Shown piece after piece: positions 9,143-17,764 of a DNA stretch of 64,000 bases (positions are counted from its first letter, which is position 1; every line of letters begins with the position of its first letter). A program made the translations under genes and the position numbers. Under the pieces are notes generated by a model. The model did no database searches. It was not told the origin of the DNA and was given only the letters and a program-made list of their open reading frames with translations. Source of the stretch: Azospirillum brasilense (GTDB taxonomy: Bacteria; Pseudomonadota; Alphaproteobacteria; Rickettsiales; UBA3002); assembly GCA_003241645.1 (NCBI GenBank), contig QFOX01000003.1, forward strand, positions 1,500 through 65,499. Reading direction: 5' to 3'.

Positions 9143-9227
9143 GTCATTGCGAGCAAAGTGCGCAGCAATCCAGCCATGAAGCCCAGAGGCCTCTGGATTG
9201 CCACGTCGCTTCGCTTCCCGCAATGAC
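9143..9227. repeat. 85-bp palindromic element (family A), copy 1
   Basis: GTCATTGCGAGCAAAGTGCGCAGCAATCCAG ... CTGGATTGCCACGTCGCTTCGCTTCCCGCAATGAC has arms that are inverted repeats. Copies occur at 21773-21857 and 61443-61526. Confidence 0.9.
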
Positions 9228-9239
9228 GAAGGAGTATGC

Positions 9240-10919
9240 GTGGCCGATCATCCTTGGTTGAAAAACTACCCCAATGGCGTTTCCTGGAACGAGACCTTCC
9301 ACGGTAAGCCCCTCTATTTCCTGCTGGAACATGCCGCCGCCACCTGGCCAGAAAACACCGCCCTCGAGTTCTTCGGGAAAACCTATACCTACGCCAAGCT
9401 GAAAGAAATGGTCGACCGCATCGCCCGCGGGCTGCAGGGCATCGGCGTGGGCAAGGGCACACGGGTGGGGCTGTTCATGCCCAACTGCCCGCAATTCGTG
9501 ATGGCCTATTACGCCATTTTGAAATGCGGCGGCACGGTGGTTAATTTCAACCCGCTCTATTCCGAGAAAGAGATCGCCCACCAGCTGAAGGACGCGAAGG
9601 TGGAGGTGATGTTCACCATGAACCTGCGCCTGACCTATGCGAAGCTGATCCCCTTCATTGGCAACAGCTCGCTGCGCAAGATCGTGATGTGCCAGTTCCA
9701 AGAAGCCATGGGGCTGACCAAGCGCGCCCTTTTCACCGCGGCCAAGCAGAAGGACATCCTCAACGCGCCGAAGGACAGCTACCACGTGGCGCTGAACGAT
9801 TTGCTCGCCTCGCCGGACCTTGTCGTGTCACCGAATGTTCGCCCCGACCACGACATCGCCGTGCTGCAATATACCGGCGGCACCACCGGCGTGCCCAAGG
9901 GCGCGGCGCTGACGCACAGCAACCTGTATGTGAACGTGCAGCAATGCAGCCGCTGGATGGTGGGGCTGGAGCCGGGCAAAGAGACGATGCTCGCGGTCAT
10001 TCCGTTCTTCCATGTGTTCGCCATGACGGTGTGCATGAACCTCGCCATCGCCAATGGCATGATGATCGTCATCCACCCGAAATTCGACATCAAGCAGGTG
10101 CTGGCCGACATCGACAGCAAGAAACCCACGCTGATGCCGGGGGTGAGCATGCTGTATGCCACCATCTGCAACGCGCGCGGGCTCGAGAAATACGACCTGC
10201 GTAGCATCAAATTCTGCATCTCGGGCGGTGGCCCGTTACCGGTGGATGTGAAGCGCCGCTTCGAAGAGCTCACCCGCTGTGTGCTGGTGGAAGGTTATGG
10301 CCTCACCGAATCCTCGCCGGTCACGCATTGCAACCCGCTGGATAAAAACGCGAACAAGACCGGCTCCATCGGCCTGCCGCTGCCCGGCACGTTGTGCGAG
10401 GTCATCGACAAGGACGACCGCATGACGCCCATGAAGCTGGGCGAGGTGGGCGAGATCTGCCTCAGCGGCCCGCAGGTGATGCAGGGCTACCTCGACAAGC
10501 CCGAGGAGACCGACAACGTGCTGCGCAATGGCCGCCTGCACACGGGTGACCTCGGCTACGTGGATGCTGAGGGATATTTCTACATCGTTGATCGCTTGAA
10601 AGAGATGATCATCGTCGGTGGCTACAATGTGTACCCCCGCAATGTGGAAGAGGTGCTCTACACCCACCCGGCGGTGGCCGAAGCGGCCGTGGTAGGGCTT
10701 GAGCACCCCACCCGCGGGCAGATGATCAAGGCCTATGTGGTGCTGAAAGAGGGCCAGAAGACCGACGAGGCCGAGCTGAAAAGCTACATGAAGGGCAAAA
10801 TGAGTGCCTACGCCGTGCCGCATGCCGTGGAATTCCGCGAAGCGCTGCCCAAATCCATGATCGGCAAGATCCTGAAAAAGGAGCTCGTCGCCGAAGAGAA
10901 AGCTAAGCACCCCGCGTAA
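9240..10919 (+). CDS. fadD: long-chain fatty-acid--CoA ligase
   Basis: AMP-binding motifs are LQYTGGTTGVPKGA, GYGLTE and TGDLGYVDAEGYFYIVDRLKEMI. I place the start at in-frame GTG 9240, 6 nt after GAAGGAG. The ORF-track ATG at 9198 lies inside the family A repeat. Confidence 0.85.
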   Translation: MADHPWLKNYPNGVSWNETFHGKPLYFLLEHAAATWPENTALEFFGKTYTYAKLKEMVDRIARGLQGIGVGKGTRVGLFMPNCPQFVMAYYAILKCGGTVVNFNPLYSEKEIAHQLKDAKVEVMFTMNLRLTYAKLIPFIGNSSLRKIVMCQFQEAMGLTKRALFTAAKQKDILNAPKDSYHVALNDLLASPDLVVSPNVRPDHDIAVLQYTGGTTGVPKGAALTHSNLYVNVQQCSRWMVGLEPGKETMLAVIPFFHVFAMTVCMNLAIANGMMIVIHPKFDIKQVLADIDSKKPTLMPGVSMLYATICNARGLEKYDLRSIKFCISGGGPLPVDVKRRFEELTRCVLVEGYGLTESSPVTHCNPLDKNANKTGSIGLPLPGTLCEVIDKDDRMTPMKLGEVGEICLSGPQVMQGYLDKPEETDNVLRNGRLHTGDLGYVDAEGYFYIVDRLKEMIIVGGYNVYPRNVEEVLYTHPAVAEAAVVGLEHPTRGQMIKAYVVLKEGQKTDEAELKSYMKGKMSAYAVPHAVEFREALPKSMIGKILKKELVAEEKAKHPA

Positions 10920-12204
10920 GGTTGCCCTGCTGCTGTTGCTGTTCTTGCGCCGCGCGAATGCTGGCCGGATGGATGCGCGGCATGGCGGCAGCTGCCTTCA
11001 GTGGCATGCGCCGTGCATCACGCAGGGTGCTGAAGATCGCTTCGCTCGCCCCTTCCAGCCCCGTGCAATTCAGCGGTTCGGCCGCAGGCCCTTTTGCATG
11101 CTGCTGCGCCAGCGCCGTGCCCATCGCTTCCGCGCTGGCCTGTTCGGGGTGCACGAAGGCGCAATAGCCCAGCGATTCCATGCGCTGCGCGCGCGGCAGC
11201 TGGTCCGAGAAGGTGTACTTCCGCGGCACACTGATGAACGGCTTCTGCACCGCCGCCAGCTCGAAACAGCTATTGTAACCACCGCGCATAATGGCACCGC
11301 CACAGTCGCTCAACCGCTGCTGGAAATCGGCATGCGCAATGGGGTGTTGCACGCTGATGCTGCCATCGGGCGCAACCGTTTGCGCCAGCGCCTGCAGCGC
11401 CTGCATGTCTTCCGGCGGGCAATGGGCGGAAACATACAGCTGCCACGGCGCATGGCCGAGTGGGCCTGCATGCGCCCGCGCTTCAATGGCGTTGGCAAAG
11501 AACGGGAAATCCTCGCTGTGTTTATATCCACCCCCGCCGAACACCACCACGGGGTCGTGCGCGCTGGGCGTGGTGCTGCGCGCCGGCATGGGGCTGACGA
11601 TGTTGCCGGTATAGTGAATGGGGGTGGTGATGCGCTGCCATTCGGGCATGGAATCTTCCAGTTTGCTGAACAGCCCGTCGCCGCGCACCAGAATGCGGTC
11701 GATATGTTTGTCGAGCAGCTGCAGCACGGTCTCCGGCTCGTTCGAGCGGATCAGGTCGCGGCAAAGGCTGACCACCGGCACGGCTTTGCCACGCGCATGC
11801 ATCCAGTCGCGGCAGGCATCCAGGTCGGGGGCGCGGTAGCTGTCTTTGAAGGGGAAAAGTTCTGCCACGATGATGTCGGGTTTGAACTGTTCACAAATTT
11901 CGCGCATGCGCTCCTGCCGCGCTTCCACCAACGCGCCTTTGTAGGGCGCGCCGCTGGCAATGTCGTAAGGCTCGGCGCAGGCACTGTACACGCCCGGCAG
12001 GCTGTATTTGTGCATGTGCTTGAAATCAAAGCTGACTTTGGCATGGTCGAAACTGCCCGAAGCCAGCGCCACGGTCGCGCCGCGCTGCGAAAGGGTGGTG
12101 CCCAACTGGTCGGTGATGTTGAAATGGCCAAAGCCCTCCGGCGATTCGGAGAGGATCAGGATACGCGGTTTAAAGCGGTGTTCCATCCTCGCACTATACT
12201 GCAT
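10903..12204 (-). CDS. glycosyltransferase (GT-B fold, GT28/MurG-C-like)
   Basis: PRILILSESPEGFGH..., VVVFGGGGY..., GGAIMRGGYNSCFELAAVQKPFISVP resemble UDP-sugar GT-B transferases. The start is ATG 12204 or 12186. The C-terminal tail is Gln-rich. The 3' end overlaps fadD convergently by 17 bp. Confidence 0.55.
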   Translation of the reverse strand: MQYSARMEHRFKPRILILSESPEGFGHFNITDQLGTTLSQRGATVALASGSFDHAKVSFDFKHMHKYSLPGVYSACAEPYDIASGAPYKGALVEARQERMREICEQFKPDIIVAELFPFKDSYRAPDLDACRDWMHARGKAVPVVSLCRDLIRSNEPETVLQLLDKHIDRILVRGDGLFSKLEDSMPEWQRITTPIHYTGNIVSPMPARSTTPSAHDPVVVFGGGGYKHSEDFPFFANAIEARAHAGPLGHAPWQLYVSAHCPPEDMQALQALAQTVAPDGSISVQHPIAHADFQQRLSDCGGAIMRGGYNSCFELAAVQKPFISVPRKYTFSDQLPRAQRMESLGYCAFVHPEQASAEAMGTALAQQHAKGPAAEPLNCTGLEGASEAIFSTLRDARRMPLKAAAAMPRIHPASIRAAQEQQQQQGNLTRGA

Positions 12205-12320
12205 TGCAGCGCCCGCAAAGATGAAAGAAATGTTACATTTGCCGGGCCGTTCGGCCTTGTCAGGCCGGGGGCAATGGCTTACAAGCCCGGCATTAGTCAT
12301 TTTTCGCAGGATGGAAGACC

Positions 12321-13634
12321 ATGGCACAGCCCGCCGCACAGCATAGCTTCACCGATTACAAAGTGGCCGATATTGGCCTTGCCGAGTGGGGCCGCCGCGA
12401 GATCGCCATCGCCGAGACCGAAATGCCGGGCCTGATGGCGCTGCGCGAGGAATATGCGGGCAAGCACCCGCTGAAAGGCGCGCGTATCGTGGGCTGCCTG
12501 CACATGACCATCCAGACCGCGGTGCTGATCGAAACGCTGGTGGAACTGGGCGCTTCCGTGCGCTGGTCCAGCTGCAATATTTTCTCGACGCAGGATCAGG
12601 CCGCCGCCGCCATTGCCGCCGCGGGCATTCCCGTGTTCGCCTGGAAGGGTGAAACGGAAGAAGAATACGAATGGTGCATCGAGCAGACGCTGCGCGGGCC
12701 GGATGGCTGGGTGCCCAACATGATCCTCGACGATGGCGGCGACGTGACGCTGCTGATGCACAATAAATACCCCGACATGCTGAAGGATGTGCGCGGTGTG
12801 TCGGAAGAGACCACCACCGGCGTGCAGCGCCTGCTCGAGATGGAGCGCGACGGTAAACTGTTGATCCCCGCCTTCAACGTGAACGATTCGGTGACCAAAT
12901 CGAAGTTCGACAACCTCTATGGCTGCCGCGAATCGCTGCTGGATGGCATCAAGGCCGCCACCAACGTGATGATCGCCGGCAAGACCGCCGTGGTCTGCGG
13001 CTATGGCGACGTGGGCAAGGGCTGCGCCGCCGCGCTGCGTGGCATGGGCGCGAAAGTGGTCGTCACCGAGATCGACCCCATCTGTGCGCTGCAGGCCGCC
13101 ATGGAAGGCTACACCGTGGACACGCTGGAAGAATACGCCAGCAAAGCCGATATTTTCGTGACCACCACGGGCAACAAGGACATCATCACCCTCGACCATA
13201 TGCGCCAGATGCGCGACCGCGCCATCGTCTGCAATATCGGCCATTTCGACACCGAAATTCAGGTGGCGAGCTTGCGCAACATGAAGTGGCACAACGTGAA
13301 GCCGCAGGTGGACGAGATCGAGTTCCCCGATGGTAAGCGCATCATCCTGCTGGCGCAGGGCCGCCTGGTGAACCTTGGCTGCGCCAACGGCCACCCCAGC
13401 TTCGTGATGAGCTCGAGCTTCACCAACCAGGTGCTGGCGCAGATCGAACTGTGGGCGAATGCGGGCAAATACGACAAGAAGGTCTATGTGCTGCCCAAAG
13501 CGCTGGACGAGAAAGTGGCCGCCCTGCACCTGAAAAAGATCGGCGCGAAGCTGACCAAACTCAGCAAAGAACAGGCCGATTACCTCGGCGTGCCGGTGGA
13601 AGGGCCGTTCAAGAAGGACTGGTATCGTTACTAG
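12321..13634 (+). CDS. ahcY: adenosylhomocysteinase
   Basis: [44 protein letters not shown] (NAD site) and HFDTEIQV match S-adenosyl-L-homocysteine hydrolase. Confidence 0.95.
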   Translation: MAQPAAQHSFTDYKVADIGLAEWGRREIAIAETEMPGLMALREEYAGKHPLKGARIVGCLHMTIQTAVLIETLVELGASVRWSSCNIFSTQDQAAAAIAAAGIPVFAWKGETEEEYEWCIEQTLRGPDGWVPNMILDDGGDVTLLMHNKYPDMLKDVRGVSEETTTGVQRLLEMERDGKLLIPAFNVNDSVTKSKFDNLYGCRESLLDGIKAATNVMIAGKTAVVCGYGDVGKGCAAALRGMGAKVVVTEIDPICALQAAMEGYTVDTLEEYASKADIFVTTTGNKDIITLDHMRQMRDRAIVCNIGHFDTEIQVASLRNMKWHNVKPQVDEIEFPDGKRIILLAQGRLVNLGCANGHPSFVMSSSFTNQVLAQIELWANAGKYDKKVYVLPKALDEKVAALHLKKIGAKLTKLSKEQADYLGVPVEGPFKKDWYRY

Positions 13635-13753
13635 TTTCGCTGAGCATGGCGCGCTGCGTTGTCGCGGCGCGTCCTCGCTCGGTCATGTACATGCACGTAC
13701 ACTCCCTTGCTGCGGGCGCTTGCTCCTAGCATCGCATCCATGCTGAGCGAAAC
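13634..13753. repeat. 120-bp palindromic element (family B), copy 1, abutting the ahcY stop codon
   Basis: It has perfect 16-bp terminal inverted repeats, GTTTCGCTGAGCATGG (13634-13649) and CCATGCTGAGCGAAAC (13738-13753). The core CTCGCTCGGTCATGTA..TACACTCCCTTGCTGCGGGCG recurs at 47742-47847. Confidence 0.85.
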
Positions 13754-13845
13754 CAAACGACGCCGCTGCACTCGCCCTATACCCTTTGATTCCACTGGAA
13801 TTTGCCGCCGCCCCGCGCTAGGCTCCCGTTTGTTGGGGAAAATGC

Positions 13846-15822
13846 ATGCTGAAATGGCTGAAACGCGCGAATGAAAAATCGCCGGAGATCAAACTGCCAG
13901 ACGTGAAGTCGGTGGTGGCCATGGTCGCACCCGATACTGCCCGCCTCGAACAGGAAAATGAGCGTCTCAAGCAGGAACTGCGCCGCTATTCCAACATCAT
14001 CAATTCCAGCCCCAACCTTGTGTGGCTGCGCGATGCGGAGCTGAACATCAATTTCTGCAACCTCGCCTTCTCCGAAGTGGCCGAGGAGACCACCGACGAG
14101 ATCGTGGCGCTGGGCGATGTGGAGCTGTTCAAAGGCCACCGCCAGCTGGCCCAGCGCATCTGGGAGCAGGGGGTCGAACACAGCGAGAACCGCCACATCG
14201 TGGTGGGCGGCGAACGCCGGCTGTACAACATCCGCGAGATCCCGCTGAAGCGCGAAGGCATGATGGTGGGCTATGGCAGCCATATCAGCGAGCTGGAGCA
14301 GGCGCAGGAAGAAACCCAGCGCCATGTCAGCGCGCTGCGCGACCTGCTGGAATCCTCCACCTCGGCCATGGCGATCTACGGCAAGGACCAGCGGCTGAAA
14401 TTCTACAACTTTGCGTTTGTCGCATTATGGAAATTCGACGAGGTCTGGCTGGATACCGAGCCGACCTATGGCGAGGTGCTGGAACATCTGCGCGAGCGGC
14501 GCAAGCTGCCCGAGCAGGCCAACTTCAAGGCCTTCAAGGAACAGCAGACGCGCCTGTTCACCACGCTCATCGAACCGGACGAGGAATTCTTCTACCTGCC
14601 GGATGGCAAGACGCTGCGCGTCATCGCCATTCCGCACGCGCTCGGTGGTATCCTCTTCGCGTACGAGGACGTAACCGACCGCCTCGCGCTCGAGCGCAGC
14701 TACAACACGCTGATCGCCGTGCAGCGCGAAACGCTCGACAACCTGCACGAGGGCATCGTGGTGTTCGGTGAGAATGGCCGCCTGAACCTGTGCAACCCCA
14801 CCTTCCACAAACTATGGGCGCTGAATGCGGAATTCACCGGCAGCGAGCCGCATATCCGCGTGGTGCTCGAGAAATGCCGCGAACTGTTCATTACCGACGA
14901 TTGGGAGCGCTTCCTCGAGAACCTCGTGGCACGCTTCCAGCAGCGCCAGTTCTTCGCGCTGCGGTTCGAACGCAGCGACGGCACCGTGATCGACTGCACC
15001 TGCGTGCCGCTGCCCGATGGCGCGACGCTGCTAAGCTTCATCGATGTGACCGCAAGCACGCTGGTGGAGCGGTCGCTGCGTGAGCGCACCGAAGCGCTGG
15101 AGACCGCCGACAAACTGAAGACCGAGTTCCTCGCCAACATGAGCTACGAGCTACGCTCGCCGCTGACCTCCATCTCGGGCTTTGCGGAAATGCTGCAGAA
15201 GCAATATGTGGGGCCGCTCACCGAGATCCAGAAAGATTACGTGGGCGGCATCTACCAGTCGGCGCAGCAGCTTGCCTCGCTGATCTCCGATATTATCGAT
15301 TTGGCGACGGTGGAAGCGGGCTATGTGAGCCTCGAGGTCAGTGAGTTCGATATTCGCCACGCGATCGATAACGTCATTGCCCTGCTGAACGAGCGCATGA
15401 AGCTGCAGGACGTGACCATCACCGTGGCGGTGGATGCCGACATCCAGCAGATGGACGCGGATGAAGTGCGCGTGAAACAGATCATCGGCAACCTGGTGAG
15501 CAACGCGGTGAAAACCACCAAGGCTAAAGGCAACATCATCATCGAGGTGAGCTACACCACGCTGCCCGACGGTGCGCGCGGCCCCATCGCCGTAACGGTG
15601 CGCGACGATGGCCCGGGCATCGACCCCGAGCGGCAGGCGCACCTGTTCGATCCGTTCTTCCGCGGCACCCTGAAGCAAGGGGCGGATGCGGCGCTTGGCC
15701 TCAGCCTCGTGAAGCGCTACGTGGAATTGCATGGCGGCGAGGTCACGGTGCAGTCCGACACGGGCATGGGCACCGCCATCCGCTGCACGTTCCCGCATCC
15801 GCGGCTACGCGCTGCTGGCTGA
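13846..15822 (+). CDS. divL: DivL-type PAS-domain histidine-kinase homologue with Tyr in place of the phospho-accepting His
   Basis: It has multiple PAS-like repeats, then a DHp H-box reading FLANMSYELRSPLTSISGF (TAC at 15145-15147 where His is expected). The CA domain has N (IIGNLVSNAVK), G1 (DDGPGID) and G2-like (ALGLSLVKRY) boxes. Confidence 0.7.
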   Translation: MLKWLKRANEKSPEIKLPDVKSVVAMVAPDTARLEQENERLKQELRRYSNIINSSPNLVWLRDAELNINFCNLAFSEVAEETTDEIVALGDVELFKGHRQLAQRIWEQGVEHSENRHIVVGGERRLYNIREIPLKREGMMVGYGSHISELEQAQEETQRHVSALRDLLESSTSAMAIYGKDQRLKFYNFAFVALWKFDEVWLDTEPTYGEVLEHLRERRKLPEQANFKAFKEQQTRLFTTLIEPDEEFFYLPDGKTLRVIAIPHALGGILFAYEDVTDRLALERSYNTLIAVQRETLDNLHEGIVVFGENGRLNLCNPTFHKLWALNAEFTGSEPHIRVVLEKCRELFITDDWERFLENLVARFQQRQFFALRFERSDGTVIDCTCVPLPDGATLLSFIDVTASTLVERSLRERTEALETADKLKTEFLANMSYELRSPLTSISGFAEMLQKQYVGPLTEIQKDYVGGIYQSAQQLASLISDIIDLATVEAGYVSLEVSEFDIRHAIDNVIALLNERMKLQDVTITVAVDADIQQMDADEVRVKQIIGNLVSNAVKTTKAKGNIIIEVSYTTLPDGARGPIAVTVRDDGPGIDPERQAHLFDPFFRGTLKQGADAALGLSLVKRYVELHGGEVTVQSDTGMGTAIRCTFPHPRLRAAG

Positions 15823-16257
15823 ATCCGCGGTTTCCTGCGCGGCCAGTAACTGGTCCAGCACGGTATCGGTGAAGGGTTTCGCGCCGGGTGCAAACCCCAT
15901 ATCGATCTTCTTTTCGCGTTTCATCTGTTCGTTCATGGCCTGTTTCAGCTGCTCCTGCACCTCGCGCATGATCATCTCCAGCGCGGCGGCGCGCTCCTCC
16001 GGCGGCATGGCGTTCAGGTCTGCCTCGCTGATGCCTTTGGCCGCCATCACCTCTTCGGTGATCTTCTTTTTCAACTGCTCGATCTTCCATTCCATCAGGC
16101 TTTGCACGCCGCGATGGGTGATCTTGCCCAGCGTTTCCTCGGGGCTGTCTTCCTTCAGCAGCGCGGCAAACGCCCCGGAATCGGGTTGCAGGGTATTTTC
16201 CGTGGCCGTGGGGCCATAGGCAGGGGCGCTGAGTGTGCGGGTTGGATCAATGGCCAT
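15805..16257 (-). CDS. hypothetical protein (Glu/Lys-rich helical)
   Basis: The ORF spans 15805-16362, with the start placed at ATG 16257 (MAIDPTRT). I recognise no domain. It overlaps the divL 3' end convergently by 18 bp. Confidence 0.45.
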   Translation of the reverse strand: MAIDPTRTLSAPAYGPTATENTLQPDSGAFAALLKEDSPEETLGKITHRGVQSLMEWKIEQLKKKITEEVMAAKGISEADLNAMPPEERAAALEMIMREVQEQLKQAMNEQMKREKKIDMGFAPGAKPFTDTVLDQLLAAQETADSASSA

Positions 16258-16416
16258 AGGGGTGCCCTTTAACGTGTGAATGCTGGAAATAATGCAAGGA
16301 ACGTGCCGCCGGGCAGGGGCGGGCAACCCTGCCAGAATAAGGGCCCGAACGGGTAAATCCACGCCCGCATGCCGGAAATTATTGCCCCACCGCGGAAAAA
16401 TCTGTAATGGCGCGAC

Positions 16417-17286
16417 ATGAACCAGACCTCACAGACCCATTACGTGCTCACCCTTTCCTGCCGCGACACGCGCGGCATCGTGGCGGCGGTGACCGGTTTC
16501 CTCACCCAGCAGGACGGATTCATCATCGAATCCACCCAGTTCGGCGACCCTTCGACCGACCGCTTCTTCATGCGCGTGCATTTCGCCGCGGGCGCCGGCA
16601 CGCCGGACAGTGCCGCGCTGGAGCAGGCCTTCCGTAGCGAAGTGGGCGGCCCGTTCGGCATGGAGTGGCAGCTGCATGACGCGCACCGCAAAGCGCGCGT
16701 GCTGGTGCTGGTGAGCAAGCACATGCATTGCCTGAACGATTTGATGTACCGCCACCGCACCGGCCAGCTGCCGGTGGAGATCGTGGGCGTGATCAGCAAC
16801 CACGACGATGCCCGCGCCATGGTGGAATGGCATGGCATTGCCTACCACCACCTGCCGGTGACGGCCGACACCAAGGCCGCGCAGGAAGCGCAGATCCTTT
16901 CCATCGTTGAAGCCGAGAAGATCGATGTGGTGGTGCTGGCGCGCTACATGCAGATCCTCAGCCCCGAGCTGTCGCGCGCGCTGCATGGCCGCGCCATCAA
17001 CATCCACCATTCGTTCCTGCCCAGCTTCAAGGGGGCCAAGCCCTACCATCAGGCTTATGCGCGTGGCGTGAAGATCATCGGCGCGACCGCGCATTACGTG
17101 ACCAACGACCTCGACGAGGGCCCGATCATCGAGCAGGAAGTGACCCGCGTGGACCACACCCATTCGCCGGAATCATTGACCGCGTTGGGGCAGGACATCG
17201 AGGCGCTGGTGCTGGCGCGCGCGCTGAAATACCACACGGAACACCGCGTGCTTCTGAACGACACGAAGACCGTGGTCTTCCGCTAG
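16417..17286 (+). CDS. purU: formyltetrahydrofolate deformylase
   Basis: It has an N-terminal ACT domain (YVLTLSCRDTRGIVAAVTGFL) and a formyltransferase core (INIHHSFLPSFKGAKPYHQAY). Confidence 0.9.
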   Translation: MNQTSQTHYVLTLSCRDTRGIVAAVTGFLTQQDGFIIESTQFGDPSTDRFFMRVHFAAGAGTPDSAALEQAFRSEVGGPFGMEWQLHDAHRKARVLVLVSKHMHCLNDLMYRHRTGQLPVEIVGVISNHDDARAMVEWHGIAYHHLPVTADTKAAQEAQILSIVEAEKIDVVVLARYMQILSPELSRALHGRAINIHHSFLPSFKGAKPYHQAYARGVKIIGATAHYVTNDLDEGPIIEQEVTRVDHTHSPESLTALGQDIEALVLARALKYHTEHRVLLNDTKTVVFR

Positions 17287-17293
17287 GCGGCGG

Positions 17294-17596
17294 CTACACC
17301 GTCGGCGTGGTGAAGAGCAGGTCGTAGAGCAGGTCCATCAGGAAATTGAGCAGCAGGATGAGTACCACCGGCGACAGGTCGATGGGCACTTGCGGCAGGT
17401 ATTTGCGCAGCAGCTTGCGGATGGGGTTCAGCATCGGCTCCAGCAATTTACTGAGCGTCTGGTGCACGCGCAGCACCAGCGCGTTGCTGCGGTTGAGGAT
17501 GTCGAAATGGATCAGCACATCCAGCACCACATAGATGAACAACGCCAGGTTGATAAGGAAGACGATGTTATTCAATAGGTTGAGTATCGCGTTCAT
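17294..17596 (-). CDS. YggT-family membrane protein
   Basis: The 100-aa product MNAILNLLNNIVFLINLALFIYVVLDVL...IDLSPVVLILLLNFL has the size and pattern of YggT. The upstream part of the 285-aa ORF-track frame is antisense to the next gene and is rejected. Confidence 0.7.
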   Translation of the reverse strand: MNAILNLLNNIVFLINLALFIYVVLDVLIHFDILNRSNALVLRVHQTLSKLLEPMLNPIRKLLRKYLPQVPIDLSPVVLILLLNFLMDLLYDLLFTTPTV

Positions 17597-17658
17597 GGCG
17601 TTTGGCTTCCCGCTTGTAAGATTTCCTGAAATTGAGTATACTAAGGGCGTGAATAGGA

Positions 17659-17674
17659 AGGCAAGCACCCTGCG
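17659..17674 (+). promoter_or_regulatory. candidate sigma-54 (-24/-12) promoter
   Basis: AGGCAAG-CACC-CTGCG compared with consensus TGGCACG-N4-TTGCW. GG/GC spacing is correct. It lies ~90 nt upstream of ATG 17765. Confidence 0.25.
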
Positions 17675-17764
17675 TTTGCAGTTGCCCATTTCCATCGCCG
17701 CCACCCAAGAAGAGGTGCGCGTAACACACAAATGCCCACAGATAGCGGGCAGGAGCTTAGTACC

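Noticed and set aside
9198-9239. ORF-track N-terminal extensions starting inside family A repeats (fadD ATG 9198, thiC ATG 21853, mutY M1 at 21810)
   Set aside because: These ATGs are part of the conserved CGCAATGAC repeat arm and encode repeat-derived peptides (ASRNDEG, LDCFALLAMT). Better-placed starts with RBS-like sequences exist downstream for fadD and thiC. The mutY start remains ambiguous.
16258-16416. Possible ZTP (pfl) riboswitch upstream of purU (also considered upstream of folD, 6633-6714)
   Set aside because: I could not find the conserved GGGUCGUGACUGGCG / CCGCCUGGGCA halves. The purU leader is GC-rich but lacks the motif, and the folD leader is simply AT-rich.
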